From Mytilus trossulus (lineage: Eukaryota), in contig NC_086374.1 in the NCBI RefSeq assembly GCF_036588685.1, positions 65,286,001-65,350,000 on the forward strand: a stretch of DNA of 64,000 nt. Reading direction: 5' to 3'. Positions 37,724 through 50,971 of this stretch are shown here, one piece after another (positions within the stretch are counted from its first letter, which is position 1; the number at the start of each line of letters is the position of its first letter). Below the pieces are notes generated by a model. That model was not told the DNA's origin, did no database searches, and saw only the letters and a program-made list of their open reading frames with translations. Made by a program: the position numbers and the translations under genes.

Positions 37724-40700
37724 GTAAAGCTAAGGTTTCGTGCTGGGGGTCAAGGTCAAAGTAATGAGCCAAACAGTGGTAGTCATGGCAACACTGTGAA
37801 CATGTCACCTAATATCTCTGGCACACTTAGTACTATTTCTCGTCTGTCGTCTGCCAATCAAAGCACTTGTAGTCCTAATACTGCTGCACTTCCATCTGCT
37901 AATCAAAGTACTGGTCAACTAGATGTCCATTTCATACCACGTGTCAGCACTCCTGTTACTATAGTGACAGATGTCAAAACTAACTTTGCTTCAGACTCTG
38001 AAGGGGTATGTTGTGCATGTGCATCTGTTGGCTATATAGATGATGTTTCCTTTCGTAGATTGCAATGGTCTGTTTCACTGTTTTTGCTTGTCGATATCAT
38101 TAGTGAAATTTGAAATTGTGCATGAAGAGTAAAGTAATGTAAAAACTATAGAATACATTAAGTTATGAATGAATGAATGCTCAAAGTATGTAAAAAAAAT
38201 TGGTTGTGTATTTTACATGGCATGAATTTCTTTGAGTTATTTTTTTATGGTCCCATAGGTTGAAAATTATAAGAACTAAACTAGCAAAACTGCCTTTAAT
38301 TTAATTCAAAATCAAAGCAGTAATATTACTTGCTAATATACTCAATTTATTGACCTGCATATATACATATACATATACATTCCAGCAATTTTAAGCCACC
38401 GACTTTTCATCTTTTCTGCTTTATCCTGACTGTTAGAGCTAGTTAGTTTCTCTTTTTTTGTCCTATGCAATGAATGTGTCAAAGAAGTGGCATAGAGAAC
38501 TGAGATTCAACGTGACATCAACATTCAGACTTAGTCTGTTGTAAAGTTTTTCATGACAACACTAACTTTCTCAAACTTTCGGGGATACTTGAACCTAAGC
38601 TACTTCTTGGTAAATCTGAAGCAAAATTTTGTAAGTATTTTTGTTTAACATTCTGTATTTTTGTGTAGTCTGCATCATTTAATGTCCAAAAGCCTAACAA
38701 AGTGATCCATTGTTCTGTATTTTCCTGCAGCGGAGTCAGCATTAAGTTTCAGTTTGTGATTTCAAACACCAACAACTGTCAAATATTTACATAATTTTAG
38801 ACAAAATTTAGACAGCACTTTTCTCCTTTATCAAGAGATATCTTTCTGACCAAAATTTAGATTATTTTATGCCCTGTCTTAGATTATTCCTATGTACCTT
38901 ATCCATCTAGAGGTTTTGTTGAATTAGTTTCCATGATGTTGTGGTTGCATCAACTTGAAAATTAATTATCATTATAATGTAAACTTTTTGAAATATGTGC
39001 CTTATTATGGTTTTGACCCAGATTCCATGGTTCACTGAACATGGAAATGTAATAGTTTGGACACTTAAACACTATAAAAGAACCAATAAGATTTTCAACA
39101 ATAATAGTACTTTTATTGCTAGGCACCCTCAGTTTCTGGCTTGCATGTAAGGGTAATGTATAGTGAACTGGACGCCATTCTGATTTAACACACAGGCATG
39201 TGAAGATATCAATTCACAGCTGTTAGTATATAACAATCATAAATTGTAATTCATCATGGGTTGATGTCTTAATAATCATTTAACATGAAGTCTTTTAAAA
39301 CATAATACTTGAAATAGTCAAAGTTGATGTTTTTATGTAATTTAATAATCTGATAATTGAGTTTTGTGTCTTTAAAAATAAAAATTGTTGTACATGTACC
39401 TGTTTGATTAAATATTCAACAGAAAAATCTGGCTATCAATTTGGTAGGGTTTGTGGTCTAGCAGCTGTTTACAGTTTTTTTTGCAATTATCAATAATTCA
39501 TTCAAGCAATGCTTTTACAAATTTAATATGTGGTTACTGAACACAAAATGAAAGTCAACTTGAATACTGATTTTCCCTTTTATCATCTAGAGGTTATGGT
39601 TTTTAATAGACTGACAACGGCTCTTTGTGTTTTTTGCAACATAGATGATTTAGTTTTTGCCATTCAGGAGTTATAATATTTGATATGTTGGAAATAATGC
39701 ATAGAATGTGGCAGGTAAAAAAGCCTGAAATTGTCAATTTGACAGCTCATAATTCCTTTTTCAAATCTCAGTATTAAAGATTGAGAAAGGAGTAAAGAAA
39801 GTTTTGACTACAAAAAAAGTCACTTTTTCAACACAGTGTTGATTTTCAATTATCTTAGATTCAAATAAATATGATCAACTGTGTGTGATAGTTTAAATCA
39901 ATGAAATTAATAATGCTGTTTTGTAAAAAGCTAATAAATACATTTAAGATTTTTTTATACTAACTTTAATGCCATGTAGAATTATAACCAGTAAACTCTT
40001 TTGTGGTAGTGTAACTTTTGATAAAGTTGAAATTAATTATAATTGGTGCGTCAATGTCAGAGCATAGTATGTTTATTACAACTTCAATAGTACATTTGTA
40101 CAAACGAAATATTGGTATTAATTTGGTTGAAAACTTGTTTCATAACTTGCACCCTGTTACTTTTCAAATGGCAGTTTCTCATTTTTTTAACTGTCAAGGT
40201 TCTTTGTATCAAAGTATGGCTCTCCATACTTTATCATTTCTCATTTAGTATTTGGCGAACAAGATCCAGGCTGGAATTACAATCTTGACATATGCTTTAA
40301 GACAACTGGATAATTTGACACATTTGAAGATTTTAAAATTGTGTTTTTTGTGAAGTGTATTTTAATGTGTGATTTGACCATACTAATTTGCTCTTTATGT
40401 TTCATTTGTATTGCTAGATAATTTTGTTCATTGTAGATAGTGAATATTTTGTATTCCTTTTATTCTTTTCAATATTTTAAAAATGTATTTTTCTACCATG
40501 TCAAATGATATTTATTCAATCATTGATAATAGTAACTATAGATTATTAAATAATGGTAGGAAATTAATGACATATTTCAGAAAATATATTTTTCTTTCCT
40601 TTTTATCGTGTAACTAATGTTTATTTATTTAACATAGAAAAAAACATTTTGATTTAAACAGTATATGTTTCTTTTCAATTTGGAAATTGTCTTGACTGCC

Positions 40701-40736
40701 ATTTAAACAAAATTAATTCCTTTATCATTTTTATAG

Positions 40737-40883
40737 GCTAGATCAGACTATGAGGATGAACTGAACCGATCACTTAATTTGACGGAAGAAATCGATGGTT
40801 TGACACGAAAAATGATGGACACCGTAGATGGAGAATTAAGACGTGCAGGAAGGAAAAAAGAATTTCGCTCATCTATTTGGTAG
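40737..40883 (+). CDS. AKNA: Duplicate of terminal exon 23172-23318 (copy 2)
   Basis: Acceptor and TAG intact. D>E and R>K plus three synonymous changes. Confidence 0.6.
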   Translation, partial: ARSDYEDELNRSLNLTEEIDGLTRKMMDTVDGELRRAGRKKEFRSSIW

Positions 40884-43800
40884 CACAGGAAAATCTCTTG
40901 CTTGGAATTATAAAAAAAAAAAATGGAAGCTGTGATATTCTGATAAGGTTCAGAACAAGATGATATAGTTAAGAAATAATTAACCAAGATAATGTAGCTC
41001 AACAATTAGACATGAGAAACTTTAGTTGATGCCTTAAATACATTAAATGATTGCCCATGACAGTATAATTAAAAAAGTGCTGGTGCTTTGTATACTAAAA
41101 AAATATATATCCTTTAGCACCGTAGAATATCATTTGTTTCTACAATACAATATAAAACTTCATTAGAATTGTATTATGATGAAAGACGTTGCATTTATAG
41201 ATGTTTTTTAAATGTTTGACCAATCAACTATATACATTGTCTGTGATATTTTTAATTTATTATAACTTATTTATATTGTTTTTTATGTTTATACCAATAT
41301 GTCTTAACAAGGATGCTTGTTATTAACTTTTGAATGAAAATTTAATGATATTTCTGAATATTGAAGTTGCAATACTTTGAGGCAATTAAAAAAGAAAAAA
41401 TCTCTATTCAGCAAAATGTTGCAATTTCTTTTTTGTATTAAAAAGTAACAGAATAAATCAGAATATCTTTTCATTTTCCATCTAAACAGACTTCTAAACT
41501 AATCTGAATTTTGATTTTTGTATGTCTTTATAATGTTTTATAGATGATAAACAATATGTGTAATTTTTAATTCCATCCAGTTATTATTTATTCTAGTATA
41601 TGTTTTAAAGTTTTACATTTTTTCATGAAGGATATTTTCCATTCCAGATATTTGTTTCAAGTTTTTTTTTGTATAATGTTTTATTATGTTTCATTTTTAT
41701 ATCTGATTCCATCCAATTTTATTATGTGGGTGATTTATGTTTTAATTTGTGTTTTATTTTAAACAGTATATATGTTTGTCTTTAGTACTCTTTACACAAA
41801 ATTTACTATCTTAAGTTTTCTTTCCGTCCCACACATATCAGTATTTTATTGTTATTAAGCTGATACACATCCATGAGGATTTTATGTTAAAACAATCTCA
41901 AGATAGAAATGAACATATCATTATCATTGTATCAAATACCATATCGTATTGTCATTTGCTCTATGGATTTTTTTGCTAAAATTTGTCAAAAAAGTATGAG
42001 GATAATTATGATATAGATTTTAACAATGGATACACAATCTTAATGGTCTCCCAACCAAATAAGGAGTTTATCCTTTAAAATAAAATACCTAGAGTTGAAA
42101 TAATCAAATGAAATTTCTTTGGAAATGTTGTTCATTACATTTAATCTGTCGTGTAAAAATGTTTCTATATGTAAAAAAAAAATCTGTTTTAAAAACCTGT
42201 TTAATTACATCAATTCTCTTGAAACTTGAAATGAAAATTCTATATTTAAGTTAAACAACAACAAATGGAAGTTTTTAACGACCTTTGCACGTCGGTTAAG
42301 ACAAACAAGAAAATTAATATTTTTTATTAATAAATCTCTTTAACTAAAATTGATCTAAATACAAGTAAACACTTAAAGTCTTATTTGTGTGCCCAAGTAG
42401 TTTATGTATAAAAAGAACCTATTCTGATTTTTAATGCACACCATTTGTTGATTTAGGTAGATGGATTTTGGGGGTTTGGATCACTCATGTCTATATTTTT
42501 TTTTGTTACTTTTTGTCTTGACTACATGTATTATTTCTTTTAAGTTTATTTCCCTTGATAATACTATGTCATTTCGCCTGTTATAAAGAGTTGTCTCATT
42601 GGCACTTGTACCACATCTCTGCATATTTTTAAAATAGTTCCATAAATGAAACATACGTAGTGCCTAAATAATTATTACAAAAGTATTTAAAATTCACCTT
42701 ACATTTTGTATTTGCATTTTCATTTCTGATACAAAGCATAGTTGGAAATGTAGTATGAAGTTATTGTAGGAAAATCAAAACTTTATTAAAAATACAATGA
42801 AACATATTCATGTAAATAAATCCATATTTTATTTTACATTTTCTGATTATAGTCATTTTATTTTTACTATCATGAACCACGAAAGATGTTATTTTCTTCT
42901 TCATGATAAAATAACAAAAATTTGATACATTTTTGTTCTTGTCAAATGACAAAAATGAGGTATTAATAGTAACTATCTTATTTAAGATTTAAGGATGAAA
43001 TGGTCAGTTTTCATTATTCTTATATACCTCTGTATTTTATGTGCCTCAACGAATTCTGAAGAAGTAATTTTACTTCTTTTTATGAAATAAGCAGAATGTA
43101 GTTTTTAAATGTATTTGAAAAGGTGAGAGGGAGAGCTCTGTGATCACATAAGCAAATTATTCAAATAACATTTATTTTGATTTCCATCCTTATTTATCAA
43201 AAAATTCAAACAAAAGCTGACATTAAAATGTATTGCTTATTAAAACAGTTCTTAAAAATGTAAAAAATAATCTTATGTTTCTCACTCAAAAGAATTTGTA
43301 TTTTTTTTTATTGTTTGAGTGTCTCATTGTTAATCCAAATAGAATACATCTTATTTAATGTATCAGTACACATATAATAGTTGCATCATCATTTAAACTT
43401 TGACCCAATTACATATGCATTAATCATGATCAGTATTTATTTGACGTTTTTAATTGATGACCATTATATATAAGGAAAAGTATATGTTAGAAGTTGTCAT
43501 GAACAGAGAGATGTGATAAGGACATTTTCTGGTCCATGGAATCTTAATTTCACTATGTAATAAATATATATCAATTATCATCTTTTACATGTCAGAGCTT
43601 ATCAGATGTTTGGAATACATTAAATATATTATTCTTATATATTACATTTTGACCCCAAACATCAAATGGTCTAATGTATGAAAAAAGCTGCAAAAAGTTC
43701 TTAAATTTCACATTTTGTAATTGAAATTTAGATATAAACATCTTCACCAAACAAGATATATGCTTTAAGATGTCTTTTACAAAGATAAAAAAAAAAGCAT

Positions 43801-44537
43801 TGCAAATATTTTTCTTGGGGTTACTTATGAAATATTGGAAAAAAATATATGGCAATTCTGAATTATTTATGATATCAATGTTATATTATCATTTAATTAG
43901 TGTACTGAAATTGACATATTTAATTTCATTAAAATTATCTATATTCAGACATTCCATATCTTTCATGTTGGTAATTTTAGGGTCTAAAAAGACTTTATCA
44001 CATCTCATTCTGTTGGAGTTACACAAACAAGATTTATCAATGTATTTTTAGAGAATAAAATACAAATAAATTATATTTATCTACAATTGACTCTTCTTAT
44101 TTATTTCCATTAGAATACACCAATTGCACACATTATTCAATGATACTGACAATTATTTTAGGCTTACTTGTAACAAAGATTGCAAAATGTGAGATATAAT
44201 TACAATGCAACAGTAAAAACTATTTTATAATAAAATTAGAAGATGTGGTATGAGAGCCTTAATGAGATAACTCAAACTAAGTCATAGTATGTCCCAAAAA
44301 AAAATTTAAAAATGAATAAAACATTATTGGTCAAAGTATGGCCTTGGCTGCTACCAAACAGTTAGTTATATAGAGCTCAAAATGACTAGTGTAAAACAAT
44401 TCAAACAATAAACCCAACTGTATACAAAACAAGAAACACTGATGAACCACACCTACAAACAACAACCACTAAACACCAGGTTCCTGGCTTTAGACAGTTG
44501 CAAACAAATGAAGTGTGTTTGAATGTTTTAACCTGTT

Positions 44538-45160
44538 GACTTGCTAGACAACCTCAAAAGCAATGTTCACTTCTTTTCAAATGACACTTTCGTGTATCTA
44601 ACATTATCATCACTGACTGCCAGACCCTCTTATCAGACTCACTTATATTGGAACAATTGGGGCACGAATGGTTGATGCCATTTAACTCAGACAAATGTGA
44701 AAGCCTCAAAATAAAAATATAGCAACACACCATAAAGTTTAATAACAAAAATACCGAACTCCAAGGAAATTTCAAATGAGAATGTTCCTTATCAAAAGGC
44801 AAAATCAAAAGCTCAAACACACCAACGAACGGGAAAGTTTTAACAACTGCCATCTTCTGGACTTGGAATTTCCTAATGTGGAAAATGTTAATACACAATA
44901 TATGATCACATATCAAAATCAGCAGGTAAAGCAAAAATATAAGGGTTACCAGTATAATAGATCTAACATGGAACTCAAAAATAAATAACATCACAAATAA
45001 GGCAAATGCATCACCAAGACTTGTTAGAAGATATGTTTTAAAAACAAACAGATTAAAAACAAAAGAATGTCCTACAAAAATATGTCAGACCAAAATTGAA
45101 TATTGAAGTGTTGTCTATGGCAACAAAAAAAAAACAAGAACATAAAATGGAAATGATTCA
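44538..45160 (+). mobile_element. Degenerate CR1/L2-group LINE RT C-terminal fragment, interrupted at ~44720-44980
   Basis: Translates with frameshifts as DLLDNLKSNVHFFSNDTFVYLTLSS (FADD motif decayed), DCQTLLSDSLILEQLGHEWLMPFNSDKC, INNITNKANAS, RPKIEY. Confidence 0.75.
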
Positions 45161-47204
45161 AATTAAGGAAACTAACTCTAAATGTTTATTTTCAACCTCT
45201 TGTATTAGTACATCGTTCATATATAGCTGTGTGCTATGGCGTTTTTTTTTCTGTATTGTTATAGTAATGGGTTTGTCTTTAAACATAAATAAAATTAACG
45301 AGCCTTCGTTTAGACCATATGTTAATTTGGTGCCTATCTAAACCCCAAAAGCATGATTCAAAGACTGGAACAGAACAAAACTGCTGTTCAAAACTCATAA
45401 ATCTATGGACAAAAAACAAAATCGGGGTAACAAACTAAAACTGAGGGAAACGCATTAAATATAATAGGAGAACAACGACAAAACATTAAAATGTAACACA
45501 CAGAAACGGACTAAGCATTAGACAAAATCATATGAGAATAACAAATATAACATCAAAACCAAATACCTGAATTTGGGATAGATAAGTACCGTGACACGTT
45601 TTATAGAAATGTGAATTTACACTGAAAAATAAGAGAAAAAACGACACAACGGAAACACAACGTTAAAATGTAACACACACAGAAACGAACTATAATATAA
45701 CAATGGCCATATTCCTGACTTGGTACAGGACATTTCTATAGGAAAAAATGGTGGGTTGAACCTGGTTTTGTAGCATGCCAAACCTCCCTCTTTTAAATAT
45801 GAGTTTTTGGTGCTACTTTGAAAACCAAGATGGCTGTCACAACGGAACACAGTTTAATTACCACCAATCCCTTCCATGCTTACCAGACAAAATAAAAACA
45901 TTTTGACCTCATTACGAACACAATTGATACTATGGTTGGTGTAGAACGCCATATTGAATATTCTTTCCTTTGAAGCCAACATTAAAATTTAAGAAAAAGT
46001 ACCTGATAGTCTTGATAAAAAGGCACATATTTACGTCCATTATTTTACTTTTCACACATGGCAAATATAATTTGAAATTCCCAAATAACCCAAAACTCCT
46101 TATAAAAATCCAACAATGTCTTTCCACACTGATATATGTCCACATTTGTAATATTATAAAACACATTAATGTGTTATGTAATGATAATCTGAATATTTTA
46201 TTTGATAATATTAATGAGTGATGTTGGTATATGTATGCTAAAACTTTGAAAAAACAAATTGTTGAAAATTTACTTATTCAGAATTATATATTTTATAATA
46301 AGTCTAAAACAAGTGGACATACAAGTTAAAGAAGTATATATATAATCGTTTATGTAGTTGCATTATTGCAAATCAAACGTTTCAAAAAAAAAAATGTTAA
46401 AAACTAACATTTATATAAATATATTATTAACAAAAAATATGATCGAAACTAAAAAATAAATATATGCAACATTTTCTTTTGACCCTGGAATGCAAAGTGC
46501 CAATCAAAAGAGTAAAATTTCATTTCTGCCTCACTTTTTGGTTAAAATTTAGAAAAATACACCTCTTATTCTGATGGTTTTTTTTTCTTAAAATTTGAAT
46601 ATGACCTCTGAAGTGGCAAAACTGTACACTATCAAGCAATTTGTTTTGCATACCAAAGCGTTGATTTAGTACCTTGCTTATACAAAATTAATATTTCTAA
46701 CACCAAAGACAACTTTAGACCTAATTTCGTTTAGAAAAAGCCATTACTTGACACAAAAAGAAATTAACACAATAAAGAAAACAACGTCAATAGTTAATGA
46801 TTGTCTCTGATCTGTTATGATTATGATTACTGTCCAATGTCCTGTCCGGGAATGTTACAAAACTTTTTTGTAGGCTATACATCTATCCAGAGACAGGAGT
46901 GTATATATGTCTCTGATCTATCTGAAATGATAATAGGAAAAAAGTTATATTACATTTTTGAAATAGAGCAGTCAACACACTTGTGAATACAAATGTCGTT
47001 GTTAATAAAACATCATTTGTCTAAAATATAAAATAAAATATCTCTGTAAAATGCATTATTAAAATTCTTCTTCTTAATCTCAAACATATTTAGTTTTATC
47101 TAATTAATAACGCACGCAAGTTTTTGAACAGTTCAGGAAAATATTTTCTTTATTCAGACATGTTCTTTCAAATAAACATGGATATTTGATTATAAAGTCA
47201 CTAT

Positions 47205-47205
<1 letters not shown>

Positions 47206-47275
<70 letters not shown>

Positions 47276-47434
47276 TCTTTATTTAAAGAGGGTTGCACAG
47301 TTAGCTATAAAGCTAATCTTCCCTGAGGCCCTCATGAAATACAATGAAACATAACAAACAATTACAAAATATCAAACAGACACACATACATGAATAATGA
47401 AATAACAAATTGTCATGAAGTATACAATTTTCAT
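47206..47434 (-). mobile_element. LINE-like 3' end with AATAAA and (TTA)~22 tail
   Basis: Minus strand ...gggaagattagctttatagctaactgtgcaaccctctttaaataaagaa(tta)n. Absent from the paralogous sites ~31420 and ~57955. Confidence 0.65.
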
Positions 47435-47474
47435 AATAAACTCATCATAGATACCAGGACTAAATTTAGTAAAT

Positions 47475-47518
47475 ACGCCAGACGCGCGTTTCGTCTACAT
47501 AAGACTCATCAGTGACGC
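47475..47518 (-). ncRNA. Minimal type I hammerhead ribozyme in a retrozyme-like repeat (~47435-47617)
   Basis: gcgtca CTGATGA gtct-tatgt-agac GAAA cgcgcGTC tggcgt. Stems I and II pair; stem III is the palindrome acgcgcgt. Confidence 0.88.
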
Positions 47519-47664
47519 TCGAATCCAAAACAAAAAAGTTAAAAAGCCAAAGAAATTACGAATTGAAGAGCATTGAGGACCAAAATTCCTAAAAGTTTTG
47601 CCAATTACAGCTAAGGACATCATTTTATAGTTTTTGGTGCAACCAGAGACACATAATAGTGTTA

Positions 47665-48337
47665 TATACTAGTCAACAAAAGAAACGATACACGACTTTT
47701 TTTTTAAATTAAAGATACAGTTTTCCGTTTATAGGACCAATATTGAAGGTAGTTATACTTAATGACCATGGAAATATAAATCCGTTTACAAAAAAAATGT
47801 TTTTGCTTTCATGACGTCATTTTGCGAAATTGATTTGCCATAGACAGTATGTCATGTAAAGTGAATTTAAAATAGCGGTAACAATCTGAAAACTTATCCG
47901 AACGGTTCCAAATTTACAGTGTGTTGTTTCCATATCTAAATCATCTATTTTCTTTATTTTTTTGCTTTTTTTGAGATTTCAGAAATCACTTTTTTTTACC
48001 AAAAATAAAAAAAAAAACAATATTTCAACCAATTAGTTACAAAATGATCTTAACTTGATTAGCATATTGAATAATTTTAAACAAATTGGAAACTCATTTA
48101 GTACTTAAAAAATTGTGTATCGATTTTCTATCTAACTTTCCGCCAAAATAATTTGCACCCTATGATTGTTTTCACAGAATTTAGTTACTTTTCGACATGT
48201 TTTGATTTTTATTATCATATGTGCATACTTTTCAAATGAAAGCTTTTTAAAATAGTGTATCTCATTTGTTTATATTTAATATTTTTTGATAAATTTTAGT
48301 TCAAAGTCGTGTATCGTTTCTTTTGTTGACTAGTATA
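47665..48337. mobile_element. MITE with ~34-bp perfect TIRs in a TA site
   Basis: tatactagtcaacaaaagaaacgatacacgacttt / aaagtcgtgtatcgtttcttttgttgactagtata. Empty sites at ~31470 and ~58015. Confidence 0.92.
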
Positions 48338-49908
48338 TGTCTCTGGTGCAACATACACTACTCTGCTGTTTTTCTTGTTCACTAGACACTTATTATAATG
48401 GAATATTGTTTGTATCACATAGTACTAAATTGTCATAAGCAACGCATTTGGTATAACAAATCAGGAACATATATTTTGACATTATACTGTTCCCAGTATA
48501 AATGGTGAAGGAACTGCTATTTATCTGCAGCACCTGGGTGAAACTGTTATCGGTAACGTTCATGTTCAATTTCCGGCCCAACAAGGTGAATAGACACTGG
48601 TCTGTCTAGTTTTTAAGATATATTTTTTCCTTGGATGTCTTTTGGGTTTTTGTCTCATTAACGTTTACCTAATAGTCCCGTCTACATAGTACCGTCTTCA
48701 TCTTTTCATCACTATAAGGTATAGTATTTGGTTTTCAGCAAGAACATTGGGATATAATACTTTTGATGGTGCTCAGCAGCATTTTAAATTACGAAATTAT
48801 TTTGATTGTTACTTGATTAACCTAATCTCGAACACTTTTAACCAACGTTATGAAAAGCAGTGTCAAATCTTTATTTATACTGAAATCAGAAGATGTGGTA
48901 TGCTTGCCAATGAGAACTTTCCACTCGACACCAAATGATGTCGATGTAATTCACTGTATTACGGTTTTCAATAATGAACCAACCACATATTGTATAATAT
49001 ATAGTAAATTATGAAAAGCAAAATATATTCTAAACAGTGAGGAAAAACAACGGTCTTTTTTATGTACATATTAATAAACAGAAACGCAGAATAGAGTGAA
49101 GTTTCACACGATTGAGAATACTAGACAATGGTTTAGCAACACTATAAACAAGAACAAACTTTGAGAAACCGGTTGAATAAGGATTGACTTGTCAGGTTGA
49201 CACACACACATACGTGCACAAACCCACACACACTAAAAGGCTAAGGATATAAAGTATTAATCTAAGAGCTGGCATAGTTATGAAAGCTAGTTAAAAATCA
49301 ATCACAACTAAAAAAAAATCATGATTTCTAGACTATAATATCAATCAGTATACAACCACTGGATTAAGTGTACAATACGTCATACAGAGCCTGAAGAAAA
49401 CTTAACTTGTCCATTCATACTTTGGATAAATGACCAGTAAACTACATAGTAATAAGTTCATGCCAGGCCTATCATGCTGACTACTGGGCTTATTATACCA
49501 GCAGGGAAATTTACCCAGTTGTTGTTACATATAATTAAAGATACATTGCTTTTAATTTGATATATACATAACACGCAGTTGTTAGAATCAAGACAATTGG
49601 CATGTCAACTCAATTACGAAGTTTATTAGTACTAAAAAGTTGAAATAATCACCAATTATTTCGAAATATATTGCCAAATCTCTGTATGGCCAGTTATTCA
49701 TATAGGGGTAAACTAGAGTGTTCCGAACGATTTCAACACTTTGTCAACAGGTAACCTACAGAATAGTCTGCATCAATAATATTTCATATCTTCACAGGAG
49801 GCTAAGCTCTAGCATTGCAATACCTTCGGGTACAAAAAAATCCACTGGCAGTGATATTGACCGTGTGGTTGTTAATAGTTATCAAAGGTACCAGGATTAT
49901 ATCTTAGT

Positions 49909-49951
49909 ACGCCAAACGCGTGTTTCGTCTACATAAGACTCATCAGTGACG
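49909..49951 (-). ncRNA. Hammerhead ribozyme variant (GUU site) with an adjacent decayed core duplicate
   Basis: cgtca CTGATGA gtcttatgtagac GAAA cacgcGTT tggcg. Partial repeat at 49951-49975. Confidence 0.7.
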
Positions 49952-50742
49952 TTTCGTCTGCATAAGAATCATCACCAAAGACATCAAAATTTTAATGTAA
50001 TATATGATCACGTATGCCCTCTATATATAAATCTAATCAAATCAATTGAGAGGTTAAAGGAAATAGGGGTTTAAGAGTTATGAAAACCAAACATTCATAT
50101 ATTCTGACATCAGACTCGGACTTCTCTTGAACTGAGTTTTAATGTGCGTATTGTTATGCGTTTACTTTTCTACATTGGTTAGAGGTATAGGGGGAGGGTT
50201 GAGATCTCACAAACATGTTTAACCCCGCCGCATTTTTGCGCCTGTCCCAAGTCAGGAGCCTCTGGCCTTTGTTAGTCTTGTATTATTTTAATTTTAGTTT
50301 CTTGTGTACAATTTGGAAATTAGTATGGCGTTCATTATCACTGGACTAGTATATATTTGTTTAGGGGCCAGCTGAAGGACGCCTCCGGGTGCGAGAATTT
50401 CTCGCTACATTGAAGACCTGTTGGTGCCCTTCTGCTGTTGTTTTTTATTTGGTCGGGTTGTTGTCTCTTTGACACATTCCCCATTTCCATTCTCAATTTT
50501 ATATAAGTAGTGCCTAATTTTGATATTTGTGGATAAAACAACCATGTTTGCGGTTTTAACTAGCGGGATATCCCTTTTTTACTCACCAGTCAATGTTGAT
50601 CGAATTAAAGGTCTCGTTAAATATTTTGATGTATACGGTCAAAGTCAAAATCGTAAAGAAAAACTACGATATCTAAACGATGATTCTAGTAAATACTCAA
50701 AATAAAAAAATAAAATATCAGGAAACTTTTTTCTTCTATTAC

Positions 50743-50971
50743 CTTTCTTGCATTCCACTAATATTTCGAGTAATATGACGGTTGCTGGTCGATTCCTCTA
50801 CACCAAAGTTTGCTTCTGTAAGTAGAGGAAGTCGTATCTGACAGTTTCTCGGATCACATGGATCAGTAGACCTAAACTCATACACCATAGTCAACTGACA
50901 AGTGTTGGTTTCTGGATATCTTGTTCCACTAGGAACTAATTGAGACGGATATCCAACAGACTCTTCCTGGA
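50743..50971 (-). pseudogene. Paralogous exon-like ORF (229 nt, open)
   Basis: Lies within ORF 50739..51095. Splice dinucleotides are at equivalent positions. Confidence 0.5.

Larger units (their letters stand above)
36447..44190 (+). repeat. Segmental duplicate of ~16741-26680 (AKNA 3' end and downstream)
   Basis: Colinear from gtttttagacagtagatagattat (16741 / 36447), differing by copy-specific TE insertions and indels. Confidence 0.95.

Noticed and set aside
47104-47298. Poly-Leu ORF resembling a signal peptide
   Set aside because: Translation of the (AAT)n tail.
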